Below, piece after piece: positions 39,086 to 50,761 of a stretch of 64,000 nucleotides of DNA. The notes below the pieces were generated by a model. That model made no database searches. It worked only from the letters and a program-made list of their open reading frames with translations, and was not told the DNA's origin. The stretch comes from Actinomycetota bacterium (GTDB lineage: Bacteria > Actinomycetota > Nitriliruptoria > Nitriliruptorales > Nitriliruptoraceae). Both the position numbers and the translations under genes were made by a program. The first letter of the stretch is position 1. Each line of letters starts with the position of its first letter. The stretch lies in contig JAHWJY010000001.1 in the NCBI GenBank assembly GCA_019348135.1, forward strand, positions 17,973 to 81,972, in the 5' to 3' direction.

Positions 39086-41245
39086 TCAGCGCACGGGGTC
39101 GAAGCCGTAGGTCGTCGCCGCGTCGGCCTCGAGCGGGGCGACCCCGCCGGCGAGGTCCACCACGTACGCCTCGCCGGTGAGGCGGTTCGTCACGATCGAC
39201 ACCTCGTCGAGCACGTCGAGGTCGAGGTCGCGCGTGGACAGACCGGCGAGGACGGGCACCGGGACGTCCCCTCCGTCCTGGCGCAGCACCCAGCCGTCGG
39301 CACCCCGGTGCAGGACCACGGGACGTCCGTCACGGACCCCGAGGTCGGCGACGCTCTGGGGGAGCCCCGTCACGGGATCCGTCGGACCGGTCACGGCCAG
39401 CGCGCCGTCACCCTGGCGTTCGATGGGCACCCGGTAGGCCTGCTCGCCCGGGGGACGGCCGGGCTCGTGGACGAGGAGGGTCACCCCGCCCACGGCGGAC
39501 GCGCCGTCCTCCCACGACCACCCGGCGGCATGGAGCACGTCCGCTGCGACGTCGACGCCGAACCCGGCGTCGTCATCGGTGGGTCCGCCGTCCGTCATGC
39601 CGAGGGTCCGCAGCGTCCAGCCGCGCTCGCCGTCCGGCTCGACCCACGCGATGTGGCGGCCGTCCGGCGACCACACGGGCGCCCGACGGTCGCCCGGTCC
39701 GAGGTCGGACAGCTCCCCCAACAGGCGGACCGAGGTCTCGCCGGCGGCCGCCCGGAACCACGCGAGCTCGGTTCCCTCCGCTGTGGAGAGCAGCACGACC
39801 CCGGCCACCTCGCCGAAGCTGGAGCCCGGCCGGACGGAGACGTCCAGCACCCGCACGCCGGCCTCGGGTGCCCACAGCTGCTCGTCGATGATGACCTCGC
39901 CCGGCCCGCCGTCGCCGGCGAACACGGCGACGCGACCGTCCTCGTCGATGGCCGCGTAGGGGGTGACGCCCGAGGCGCTGAGCGGTCCGTCGGCGCGGGG
40001 CGCCTCCTCCGTCGGTGTCGTCGCCGGGGCGGGGGTTCGGCCGGGGTCTCCGGCGACCGGGATCCAGGCGGCGTAGCTGGTGCCGGGGACGGCCACCATC
40101 GTGGCCCTTCCCTCCCCGACGTTGACCTGGCGGGCGTCGCTCCCGAGCCCGACGAAGACCCCGCCGTCCACGGCGGTCATCCACACCCCGGACGGCTCCG
40201 CGGTCGGAAGGTCGGGGTAGGCCAGCGGCTCGTCGGCCAGGAACAGGCCCAGGCCGGCGTCCTCGGCGTCGCCGGACCCCGCGCCCTGGCCGGCGAGCAA
40301 CCGGTAGCGCCGCCCGTCCGGGTGCGTCGCCACGTCGACCACGTAGTCGTCCGGCGCCGTCTCGACGAGCGCGCCGTCGAGCTGCCATCCGTCGGCCGTG
40401 CGTGCGATCCCGGCCTCGAGGAGCAGGCCCTCGGACGTGAACGCCAGCCGCTCCCCCTCCGAGCCGCCGGCCCAGTCCTGCAGACGCAGCCGGTCGCACG
40501 TCCCGGCCGAGACGGCGCAACCCTGCAGGCGCAGGCGTGCCGCCTCGCTCTCGCCCACGAGGTCGAGCCGCTGGACGGGCATGCTGCCGTCGGGAGTGGT
40601 GCCGTCGACCTCGACGAGCACCAGCTCCGGTCCTCGCTCCGATGCCATCGTCGTCGCGACGGTGCTGCCGTCGGGGCTCCACGCCGGGATCGGCATCGCC
40701 GCCGCGTCCTCCGTGTCGGAGCCGAGGGACGTCTGCTTCACCGACGTCTCCGCCGGCGTGACGTTGACGACGACGAGGTCGAGCATCCCTTCGATCCCCG
40801 CCACGGCCGCGACCGTGAACCGGTCCGGCGTGGACCCGGGGCGCACGGCCAACGTCCTCGCGCCTCCCTCGATGCTCTCCCAGAGGACCGACTCGGAGCC
40901 GTCGACGCCCCGCAGGACGAGGCGACCGTCGGCGACGGCGACGTAGTGGGTCAGTGGCGCGGCGGCGACGGGGCCGGGGGCGGCCTCGCCCGGCGACTCG
41001 ACGGCGCTCGGGGACTGCGCCGGCTCGATGACCAGCCCGTCCTCGACAGAGTCGAGGAGGCCCGGGCCGACGACCGCGGCCGTCACGACGGCGGCGACGC
41101 CCGCCGCCGTCCACACGAACAGCGGCAGGGCGCGCCGGCGCGAGACCCTGCGGTCGACCTGCCGCCACAGCTCCGGGGTGGCCTCCACGTCGTGCGCACG
41201 CTCGTGCAGGCTGGTGCGGAGCATCGTCTCGAGGTCGCTCGTCAT
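39086..41245 (-). CDS. membrane-anchored anti-sigma factor candidate with large extracytoplasmic beta-propeller-like domain
   Basis: ATG at 41245 overlaps the sigma-factor stop (ATGA). A short cytoplasmic N-terminus and one TM (LPLFVWTAAGVAAVVTAAVV) precede about 650 aa containing WSPDG motifs (AWSPDGSTVA, VWSPDGRHIAW) of TolB/PD40-like blades. There is no HxxxCxxC motif. Confidence 0.55.
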   Translation of the reverse strand: MTSDLETMLRTSLHERAHDVEATPELWRQVDRRVSRRRALPLFVWTAAGVAAVVTAAVVGPGLLDSVEDGLVIEPAQSPSAVESPGEAAPGPVAAAPLTHYVAVADGRLVLRGVDGSESVLWESIEGGARTLAVRPGSTPDRFTVAAVAGIEGMLDLVVVNVTPAETSVKQTSLGSDTEDAAAMPIPAWSPDGSTVATTMASERGPELVLVEVDGTTPDGSMPVQRLDLVGESEAARLRLQGCAVSAGTCDRLRLQDWAGGSEGERLAFTSEGLLLEAGIARTADGWQLDGALVETAPDDYVVDVATHPDGRRYRLLAGQGAGSGDAEDAGLGLFLADEPLAYPDLPTAEPSGVWMTAVDGGVFVGLGSDARQVNVGEGRATMVAVPGTSYAAWIPVAGDPGRTPAPATTPTEEAPRADGPLSASGVTPYAAIDEDGRVAVFAGDGGPGEVIIDEQLWAPEAGVRVLDVSVRPGSSFGEVAGVVLLSTAEGTELAWFRAAAGETSVRLLGELSDLGPGDRRAPVWSPDGRHIAWVEPDGERGWTLRTLGMTDGGPTDDDAGFGVDVAADVLHAAGWSWEDGASAVGGVTLLVHEPGRPPGEQAYRVPIERQGDGALAVTGPTDPVTGLPQSVADLGVRDGRPVVLHRGADGWVLRQDGGDVPVPVLAGLSTRDLDLDVLDEVSIVTNRLTGEAYVVDLAGGVAPLEADAATTYGFDPVR

Positions 41246-41784
41246 CGCACCTCACCTCCCTGGGGAGCCGTCGCAGCGAGGAGCTCCTGCATCCGGGCGA
41301 GACCCCGCGACACCTGGCTCTTCACGGTGCCGACGGAGCAGCCGAGGATCTCGGCGGTCTGGGCCTCGGAGAGGTCCTCGTAGTAGCGGAGGACGACGGC
41401 CTGACGTTGCCGCTCCGGGATGCGGCTCAGGGCCTGCCACACCTGGTCCTGGTCGGCCGCGTGCTCGTCGACGAGACGCACGCCACGCTCGTCCCCGGAC
41501 CGCTTCGACGCCTCACGGCGCTCGAGGTACCGGCGGCGCAGCTTCGAGTTGGTCTCGTTCACCACGGCGCGCCGCAGGTAGGCGCCGACGTCGCTGACCC
41601 GGCCCCTGCTCCACTGCACGTACACCTTGGCGAAGGCGTCGCTCACGATGTCCTCCGCCTGGTGGTGGTCGCCGCAGAGGAGGTACGCGAGCCGGACGGC
41701 CTGCCGGTGGTGGGCGTTGAACACCACCGCGAACGAGTCCGCGTCGGTGCCCGTCCGCACCATCGAGAGCACGTCCACTCCCAT
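41242..41784 (-). CDS. ECF-type sigma-70 family RNA polymerase sigma factor
   Basis: Region 2 (VRLAYLLCGDHHQAEDIVSDAFAKVY) and region 4 (RQAVVLRYYEDLSEAQTAEILGCSVGTVKSQVSRG). The start is 41784 or 41763. Confidence 0.88.
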   Translation of the reverse strand: MGVDVLSMVRTGTDADSFAVVFNAHHRQAVRLAYLLCGDHHQAEDIVSDAFAKVYVQWSRGRVSDVGAYLRRAVVNETNSKLRRRYLERREASKRSGDERGVRLVDEHAADQDQVWQALSRIPERQRQAVVLRYYEDLSEAQTAEILGCSVGTVKSQVSRGLARMQELLAATAPQGGEVR

Positions 41785-42013
41785 CGTCCGTCGGCACCCC
41801 GCCCGGTCGTCCGCCGGGGGCGAGCACCCCTCCGCCTGCCACGACGCACAGCCTGCGAAGGAGGTTGCACGGATGGTACGACCGGGCCGGGCCGGGCCCG
41901 CGGACCCGTCGGGTGCGCCCCGCGACCGACGTTGCGGTGCCGGCGTCGACCGCCGTAGGCTCGGTCGTCGGTGCCGCGGCGGGGCGGACGCCGGACGGCA
42001 AGGGGAGCCACGC

Positions 42014-42418
42014 ATGCACTCGACGGGGATCCGGCGCAAGGTCGACGACCTGGGGCGGATCGTGATCCCGGCGGGCATCCGACGCAGCCTCGACATCAAA
42101 GAGGGTGACGCGCTCGACGTCGCCGTCGACGGGGACAAGGTCGTGCTGGCGAAGCCGGTCGACCGCTGCGTCTTCTGCGGTGGCGACGACGACCTCGGCG
42201 CGTTCCGGGCCAAGATGGTGTGTCGCCCCTGCGTCGCCGGCCTCGGCGTCCTCGGTGAGACGGGCAGCACGACCGACGTCCCCGCCCCGGTCCGGCCGAC
42301 GGCCGTGCCGGACGTCCCCGACCACCGCTTCGCCCCCCGCGACCCCGACGAGCGCGTCGCCGGCGTACGCGACGAACGTCGCTCGCCCTACGACCCGGCG
42401 TCCAGCACCGCCTGGTAG
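42014..42418 (+). CDS. AbrB/MazE/SpoVT-type DNA-binding protein with C-terminal CxxC...CxxC zinc-ribbon-like segment
   Basis: AAGGGGAG RBS then ATG at 42014. RKVDDLGRIVIPAGIRRSLDIKEGDALDV is the swapped-hairpin motif, followed by CVFCGG...CRPC. Confidence 0.75.
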   Translation: MHSTGIRRKVDDLGRIVIPAGIRRSLDIKEGDALDVAVDGDKVVLAKPVDRCVFCGGDDDLGAFRAKMVCRPCVAGLGVLGETGSTTDVPAPVRPTAVPDVPDHRFAPRDPDERVAGVRDERRSPYDPASSTAW

Positions 42419-43233
42419 ACGTCCCGCTTCGGGACGCCCGCCCGCGCGGCGACGTCGGCGATCGCCTCCTTCTTGGTGGCACCGGCCGCGACACCGGCCG
42501 CGACGGCCTCCGCGAGCTCGCCCTCCCCGGGCGCGGACCGCTCCGGCTCGGGCGCGCCGGCCACGACGAGCGTCAGCTCCCCCCGCAGGCCGTCGCCGGC
42601 CCGGTCCGACAGCTCTCCGAGGCCGCCCCGCAGGACCTGCTCGTGCAGCTTCGTCAGCTCACGTCCGAGCGCGGCCGGACGTGACGGCCCCAACGCTGCG
42701 GCGAGGTCGCGGAGGTCGGCGGCCGCGCGGTGGGGCGAGACGAACAGCACCATCGTCCGACGCTCCGTGGCCAGCTCCTCGAGCCGCAGGCGCCGGGCCG
42801 TGCCCTTCCGCGGCAGGAAGCCCTCGAACGTGAAGCGGTCGGTCGGTAGTCCCGACACCGTGAGGGCGTACAGCGCGGCCGACGGGCCGGGTACGGCCTC
42901 GACGTGCAGTCCGGCCGCCACGCAGGCCTCCACGAGCCGGTAGCCGGGGTCGGACACGACCGGTGTGCCGGCGTCGGAGACCAGGACGATCCGTTCGCCG
43001 GACCGGATGCGCGCCACCAGCTCCTCGGTCCGCTCGCGCTCGTTGTGCTCGTGGTACGACAGCTGCGGCGTGTCGGACCCGACGTGCGCGAGGAGCTTGC
43101 CGGTCCGACGGGTGTCCTCGGCCAGCACGAGGTCGGCGTCGCGCAGTGCCTCGGCGGCCCGGGGCGGCAGGTCGCCGAGGTTGCCGATCGGGGTCGCGAC
43201 GACGACGAGCGCGCCGTTGCCGGGTGACGTCAC
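42388..43233 (-). CDS. rsmI: 16S rRNA (cytidine1402-2'-O)-methyltransferase
   Basis: LVVVATPIGNLGDLPPRA..., SDAGTPVVSDPG, the tetrapyrrole-methylase fold of RsmI. Confidence 0.93.
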   Translation of the reverse strand: MTSPGNGALVVVATPIGNLGDLPPRAAEALRDADLVLAEDTRRTGKLLAHVGSDTPQLSYHEHNERERTEELVARIRSGERIVLVSDAGTPVVSDPGYRLVEACVAAGLHVEAVPGPSAALYALTVSGLPTDRFTFEGFLPRKGTARRLRLEELATERRTMVLFVSPHRAAADLRDLAAALGPSRPAALGRELTKLHEQVLRGGLGELSDRAGDGLRGELTLVVAGAPEPERSAPGEGELAEAVAAGVAAGATKKEAIADVAARAGVPKRDVYQAVLDAGS

Positions 43234-43321
43234 GCCGGGTCTCCTCCGCCAGGGAGCACAGCCTACGGTCGACCGCGGTGGTCATCCGGAGGGGAGGGGC
43301 GGCACAGCTAGCATCCGCGCG

Positions 43322-44998
43322 ATGATCGACCGCCCGAGGCTCCTCCGCGTCCTGGTCCCCGCCGTCCTCACGGGCGTCGCCGGGATCCTGCTGTTCGTCC
43401 GCCTCGACGAGCCCGCGCGGATCTTCTTCGACGAGGTCTACTACGTCGGCGACGCCCGTCAGTACCTCGAGGTCGCCGCCGAGCGGGAGTTCGCCGTCCA
43501 CCCGCCGGTCGGCAAGTGGCTCATCGCCGCGGGCATCGCGCTGCTGGGCGACGAGCCGTTCGGATGGCGCGCCGTGGGGGCGCTGCTCGGGGCGCTCTCC
43601 GTCCTCCTGACCTACCTCATCGGGCTGCGCCTCTTCCGCCGTCAGGGGCCGGCCGCGCTCGCGGCGCTGCTGCTGGCGGTCGACGGCCTGTGGATCGTCC
43701 AGGCGCGGACGTCGATGCTCGACATCCACCTCGCCTTCTTCGTCGTGCTCGGGACGTGGCTGCTCGTCGTCGACCGCGACGCGAGCGGGCTCCGCGACGA
43801 GCCGCCGGACCTGCCGGAGGAGGAGGAGCGGGTCCTCCCCCGCCGCAGCCACCCGGCGCGGGCGCTCGCCGGGGTCGCGTTCGGGCTGGCGGTCGCGACC
43901 AAGTGGTCGGGCCTGCTCCCGCTCGTGGCCGCCATCGTGCTCGCGGTGGGGTGGGAGCTCGCGTGGCGCCGACGCTGGACGGGGAGGACCAGGACGGGGA
44001 TCGTCCGCGGCCTCGCCGCCGTGCTGGTCGCGCTCGTGGTCCTCCCCGGGGCGGTCTACCTCGCCTCCTACGTCCCGTGGCTCGTCAACTACGAGCACTC
44101 CTACGAGGGCGCGAAGGAGTGCACCGAGGACGACGTCGTCCAGGACCCCTGTGCCGTGGACCCCATCGGGCGACTCGCCGGGCTGTGGCGCTTCCAGCGG
44201 GCCACCCTGCGCTTCCACCTCAACCTCGAGGCGACCCACACCTACCGGGCGCCCGCGTACACCTGGCCGGTCATGGCCCGTCCGATCGTCTACTACTACG
44301 AGACCTGCAGCGAGGAGCGCGAGAAGGGCATCGCCACCACGAACGACGAGGGCGAGGTCGAGCAGCCCGAACCGTGCGTGGTGGAGCGCGACGAGGCCGC
44401 CGAGATCATCGCCCTCGGCAACCCCGCGCTGTGGTGGGGCTTCCTCCTCGGCCTCCCGCTGCTGGCCGCCGGGGTCGCACGCCGCGACGGGCGCGCGTGG
44501 GTCGTCGCGGCGGTCTGGGGGGCGCAGTTCCTGCCGTGGCTGATCGTCTCCCGCCCCGCCTTCTTCTTCTACATGGTGCCCGTGGTGCCGTTCCTGGCAC
44601 TGGGGCTCGCCTACGCCGTCGTCGTCCTCGAGGAGCGACGGTCCATCCTGGCCACGCTGTCGGCGGCCGCGGTCGGCGCCGCCGTCGGCTTCGGTGCCGG
44701 CATGGCCGGGGCCGAGGCGCTCGACGCGGAGACCAGCTCACACCGCTGGATCCTCCTCGGGGTCGGCTGGGCCCTGGGGGGGCTGCTCGGGGGCCTGCTG
44801 GACCACCGCAGGGACCGCGACGTCGTCCTCGCGGAGCGCCGGCGGCCGGGTCGGAGGTGGACGCCGGGGGTCGTGGCCGGCACGACGGTCGCGGTGCTCG
44901 CCGTCGCGATGCTCGTCTACTTCCTCCCGGTCTGGACGGGCGAGCCCCTCCCCAAGGAGCTCATCCGTCAGCGGTGGTGGTTCGACAGCTGGGTCTAG
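43322..44998 (+). CDS. pmt: protein O-mannosyltransferase (PMT family, polyprenol-phosphate-mannose dependent)
   Basis: ATG at 43322. Motifs FFDEVYYVGDA and HPPVGKWLIAAG; multi-TM. It is divergent from rsmI, as in mycobacteria. Confidence 0.85.
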   Translation: MIDRPRLLRVLVPAVLTGVAGILLFVRLDEPARIFFDEVYYVGDARQYLEVAAEREFAVHPPVGKWLIAAGIALLGDEPFGWRAVGALLGALSVLLTYLIGLRLFRRQGPAALAALLLAVDGLWIVQARTSMLDIHLAFFVVLGTWLLVVDRDASGLRDEPPDLPEEEERVLPRRSHPARALAGVAFGLAVATKWSGLLPLVAAIVLAVGWELAWRRRWTGRTRTGIVRGLAAVLVALVVLPGAVYLASYVPWLVNYEHSYEGAKECTEDDVVQDPCAVDPIGRLAGLWRFQRATLRFHLNLEATHTYRAPAYTWPVMARPIVYYYETCSEEREKGIATTNDEGEVEQPEPCVVERDEAAEIIALGNPALWWGFLLGLPLLAAGVARRDGRAWVVAAVWGAQFLPWLIVSRPAFFFYMVPVVPFLALGLAYAVVVLEERRSILATLSAAAVGAAVGFGAGMAGAEALDAETSSHRWILLGVGWALGGLLGGLLDHRRDRDVVLAERRRPGRRWTPGVVAGTTVAVLAVAMLVYFLPVWTGEPLPKELIRQRWWFDSWV

Positions 44999-45054
44999 CG
45001 GCACCCCCGGAGGCCGGTCGGAAGCACGCATCCGGGTACGCCGCATCTCCAGGC

Positions 45055-45414
45055 ATGACGTACGCTGGCGGGTCCATGAGACAGCTCCTGTTGCGCGTTT
45101 CGGCCAAGGTGGCGGTATCCGCCCTCGGCGGGGCGTTCGTGGTCCTCGGCGTCGCCCTCCTGTTCCTGCCGGGACCCGGCGTCCTCGTGCTCATCGCCGG
45201 TCTGGCGCTGCTCGCCCGCGAGTACCTGTGGGCCCGGCGTCTGCGCGACCGCCTGAACGCGCGGGCCGCCGAGCTCCGACGCCGGGCCCGCCGCAACCGG
45301 CCCACCACGACCAGGATGGTGGGCGGAGCGCCGGCGCCTCCGGCCGCGACGCCGGGCCCGCTCGGCGAGTCGTCGACCCCGACCCCCGCGCGCGACGACG
45401 TCCCGGCCGTGTGA
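45055..45414 (+). CDS. PGPGW-motif small membrane protein
   Basis: LLFLPGPGVLVLIAGLALLAREYLWARR is typical of the PGPGW/TIGR02611-like family. The start is 45055 or 45076. Confidence 0.6.
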   Translation: MTYAGGSMRQLLLRVSAKVAVSALGGAFVVLGVALLFLPGPGVLVLIAGLALLAREYLWARRLRDRLNARAAELRRRARRNRPTTTRMVGGAPAPPAATPGPLGESSTPTPARDDVPAV

Positions 45415-45481
45415 CGGGCGGCGACCTCAAGTCCCCGAGCCGGCGGCCGACGGGGACGACACCACGCACGAGAGGCCGGCG

Positions 45482-47245
45482 GTGAACACCGCGTCGGACG
45501 TCCTGGCGTTCCTGCACCGGACCGGTGGCGGACGCTCGACCGCGCGCGTCGTCGCCGAGATGCTGCGCTTCCTCACCCACGCGTACGAGCTCGAGCGGGC
45601 GAGCTTCTTCCTCGCCGACCGCGAGGACGGCGGCCTGCGCGCGTTCGCCTCCGAGTTCCGCTCCGGCGCCGCCGACCCGCAGCTCTTCGACGAGTGGCGC
45701 ACGCTCGACATCGAGGCGACGGACCTCGGCCGGCGCATCCGGGCCGGGGAGGACCTCGTCCGCCTCGACCGCGGCGACGACCCGGGCGGTCTGCCTCCCG
45801 CCGTCGCGGCCCGCTACGGGATGGGCGCCCTCGTCGCCCTCGCGGTGCGGCACGGCGGCCACCTCGACGGGATGCTGGTGCTCGAGGCACCTCCCGAGCG
45901 CCTCGCCTTCGGGACCACCGAGATCGTGACCCTGGTGTCCCACCTCGCGCTCGCGCTGGACAACGCCCGGGCGGTCGAGCGGGAGCAGCACCGCTCCGCG
46001 GAGGCCGAGGCCCTGCTGGAGGTCACCGGGGTCCTCGCACGCACCACCCGCCTCACCGCCGTCCTGGCGGCCGTGGCGCAGAACGCGGCCAAGGTCGCCG
46101 GGTTCGAGCGTTGCTCGATCTTCCTCGTGGACGAGGCCGAGCACCGCATCCTCCCGACGATGAGCCAGTTCGCCGACGGACACGCCGAGCCCGAGGCGTG
46201 GGAGCTGTTCACCTCGACCGACGCCGACCTCCCCGTCGTCTGGGAGATCCTCCGGGAGGGGCGGCCGCGGGCCTTCGAGCGCCCCCAGGACCACCCCGAC
46301 CTCATCCCTCCCATCTGGTACCAGCCCTACGGCGTCGCCTCCGTGGCGTACCTGCCCCTCGAGGCCTGGGGCGAGCGCTTCGGTGTCCTGGAGCTCGACC
46401 ACCGGCAGCCCGCGACGATCTCCCCGCGCGAGCTGCGCATCGCCCAGGCGGTCGCGGCCCAGGGCGCCATCGCGATCAGCATCGGCCGGACGCTCGACCG
46501 CGAGCAGCAGGCGATCGAGGACCTCGAGGCGGCGCACCGTGCCAAGGACGACTTCCTCGCGATGCTCTCCCACGAGCTCCGCACCCCCCTCGCCGCCGTC
46601 CGCGGCTTCGCCGAGACGCTCGAGCTCCACGACGACCGGCTCGAGCCCGAGCAGCGCCGGGACCTCCTGGCACGCATCCGCGCCGGTGCGGAACGCCAGC
46701 AGCGGTTGATCGACGACCTGCTCCATACGACCCGCATGGCCCACGGCACGCTGGAGGTACGGGCGGCGGAGGTCGAGCTGCGCACCGCCCTGGAGGAGGT
46801 GCTGGCCGGGCTCCGCGCGCAGGACGAGCACGCCGCCGACCACCTCACCACCGAGCTCGACGTGCCCGCCCTCCACCGGGTCGTGGTGGACCCGGACCAC
46901 CTCCGTCAGATCGTCGGGAACCTCGTCGGCAACGCCCGCAAGTACGGCCGCGCCCCCGTCGTCATCACGAGCGAGCGGCGGGAGGGGGACATCCGCCTCT
47001 CCGTGCGCGACCACGGGGACGGCGTCGCGCCGTCCTTCGTCGCCGCACTGTTCGAGCCCTTCACGCAAGCCAGCTCGGAGGGGCCGACCGTGGACGGCGT
47101 GGGGCTCGGTCTGTCGATCGCGCGCCGCCTGGCACGGGCCAACGGTGGCGAGCTCGCCTACACGTCACCACCCGGCGGCGGCGCCTGCTTCGTCGTCGAT
47201 CTCCCCACCGCGTCGTCGGGCGATCCCGAGGGCTCGAGCGGGTAG
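45482..47245 (+). CDS. cytoplasmic sensor histidine kinase, tandem GAF - HisKA - HATPase_c
   Basis: H-box FLAMLSHELRTPL, N/G boxes (GNLVGNARKY, DHGDGV, GLGLSIARRLA), two GAF-like regions and no TM. No adjacent response regulator. Confidence 0.88.
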   Translation: MNTASDVLAFLHRTGGGRSTARVVAEMLRFLTHAYELERASFFLADREDGGLRAFASEFRSGAADPQLFDEWRTLDIEATDLGRRIRAGEDLVRLDRGDDPGGLPPAVAARYGMGALVALAVRHGGHLDGMLVLEAPPERLAFGTTEIVTLVSHLALALDNARAVEREQHRSAEAEALLEVTGVLARTTRLTAVLAAVAQNAAKVAGFERCSIFLVDEAEHRILPTMSQFADGHAEPEAWELFTSTDADLPVVWEILREGRPRAFERPQDHPDLIPPIWYQPYGVASVAYLPLEAWGERFGVLELDHRQPATISPRELRIAQAVAAQGAIAISIGRTLDREQQAIEDLEAAHRAKDDFLAMLSHELRTPLAAVRGFAETLELHDDRLEPEQRRDLLARIRAGAERQQRLIDDLLHTTRMAHGTLEVRAAEVELRTALEEVLAGLRAQDEHAADHLTTELDVPALHRVVVDPDHLRQIVGNLVGNARKYGRAPVVITSERREGDIRLSVRDHGDGVAPSFVAALFEPFTQASSEGPTVDGVGLGLSIARRLARANGGELAYTSPPGGGACFVVDLPTASSGDPEGSSG

Positions 47246-47249
47246 CGGG

Positions 47250-48410
47250 TCAGCCGAGCCCGTCCTCGACCAGGCGGTCGGCGATGATCCGCCGCTGGAT
47301 CTCGGACGTGCCCTCGAAGATGGTCGTGAGGCGGGCGTCGCGCCAGTAGCGCTGTGCCGGCGTCGCCGAGATGTAGCCGTTGCCGCCGTGGATCTGCATG
47401 CCGTCACGCGTGACACGCTCGGCGACCTCGGTGGCGAACAGCTTCGCCATCGCCGCCTCACGGTCGACCCTGCCTCCGCGGTCGAGCGCGTCGGCGGCCG
47501 CCAGGGTGAGCGCCCGCGCCGCCTCCACCGACGTCGCCATGTCCGCCAGCATGAACCGGATCGACTGGAAGTCGGCGAGCTGGTGGTCGAACTGCTCGCG
47601 CTGCGTGGCGTAGGCGAGCGCATCCTCGAGGGCGCCGCGCGCGAGGCCGACCGCGCGTGCCGCCGTGTAGACGCGCTTGCGGTCGAGCCCCGCCATGACG
47701 CCGTAGAAGGCCTCGCCGCGCTCGCCCATCAGGGCCTCGGAGGGCAGCGCCAGTCCGTCGAACGTGAGCTCCCAGGTCGTGAGGCCGTGGTAGCCGATCT
47801 TGTCGATCGGCGTCCCGCTGAGCCCCTCCGGGAAGCTCTCGCGGTCCTTCTCGATCAGGAACGCGGAGATGCCGCGGTGCGGCGCGTCCGCCGGGGGATC
47901 GTCGGTACGCGCGAACAACAGGATCGCGTCGGCCCGCCAGGCGAACCCGCACCACCGCTTCTCGCCCACGATGCGCCAGCCGTCGGCGGTCTCCACCGCA
48001 CGGCAGGCGACGTTGGCGACGTCCGACCCGGCCTCCGCCTCGGACAGCGCGAAGGCGCAGATGAGCTCGCCCCGGGCGATCCGCGGCAGGTACCTCCGGC
48101 GCAGCTCGTCCGTGTCGAGGACCTCCTCGAGGATGCGGTTGCCGCGACCGACGACGCTCGCGACCGACAGCCACCCCCGCGCCAGCTCCTCGATGAGGAT
48201 GCAGTAGTCGACCATGCCGAAGCCGAGGCCGCCGTGCTCCTCGGGCACCGTCGCCCCGAGGTAGCCGAGCTCCCCGAGCCGGTCCACGAGCGACCAGGGC
48301 ATGTCCTCACCACGGGGGTCGAGCTCGGCCGCCACGGGCAGGACCTCCTCCCGGACGAAGACCCGCGCGTCGTCCCGGATGCGCCGTCGGCGGTCGTCGA
48401 GCTCGATCAC
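47250..48410 (-). CDS. acyl-CoA dehydrogenase
   Basis: GGAG RBS then GTG at 48410. ACAD N/M/C-domain motifs (CAFALSEAEAGSD, IHGGNGY, IFEGTSEIQR). Confidence 0.92.
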   Translation of the reverse strand: MIELDDRRRRIRDDARVFVREEVLPVAAELDPRGEDMPWSLVDRLGELGYLGATVPEEHGGLGFGMVDYCILIEELARGWLSVASVVGRGNRILEEVLDTDELRRRYLPRIARGELICAFALSEAEAGSDVANVACRAVETADGWRIVGEKRWCGFAWRADAILLFARTDDPPADAPHRGISAFLIEKDRESFPEGLSGTPIDKIGYHGLTTWELTFDGLALPSEALMGERGEAFYGVMAGLDRKRVYTAARAVGLARGALEDALAYATQREQFDHQLADFQSIRFMLADMATSVEAARALTLAAADALDRGGRVDREAAMAKLFATEVAERVTRDGMQIHGGNGYISATPAQRYWRDARLTTIFEGTSEIQRRIIADRLVEDGLG

Positions 48411-48497
48411 GCGGTCTCCTCTGGCGGGGCCCGGGTGAGGTTGCCGCGCCCGGGCGGACACGGCAACGGGCGACGTCAGCGCCCCGCGTCAGGCAAG

Positions 48498-48716
48498 ATG
48501 TCCCCCGGACCGGAGGCGGGCGTGGCGGACGGCAGCAGGGATCTCATCGAGGAGGCCATCGCGGCGCTCGAGGAACGGTACGGGGAGGACCCGTCCGACA
48601 CCTCGGACAACCGCGAGGAGATGGCGCGGTGGCTCACGAGCTACGCGGGCTTCGGCGACGCCCCGGCGGGCACCGTCGGCACGGCCGTCGGGCGGTACCT
48701 CTCACGCAACCAGTGA
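48498..48716 (+). CDS. 72-aa hypothetical protein
   Basis: ATG at 48498 with GC3-rich codons. I recognise no motif. Confidence 0.35.
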   Translation: MSPGPEAGVADGSRDLIEEAIAALEERYGEDPSDTSDNREEMARWLTSYAGFGDAPAGTVGTAVGRYLSRNQ

Positions 48717-48742
48717 GCTCGTGCGCCTGCTGACGATGGCGC

Positions 48743-50748
<2,006 letters not shown>

Positions 50749-50761
50749 GTCCCGGCTCGTG

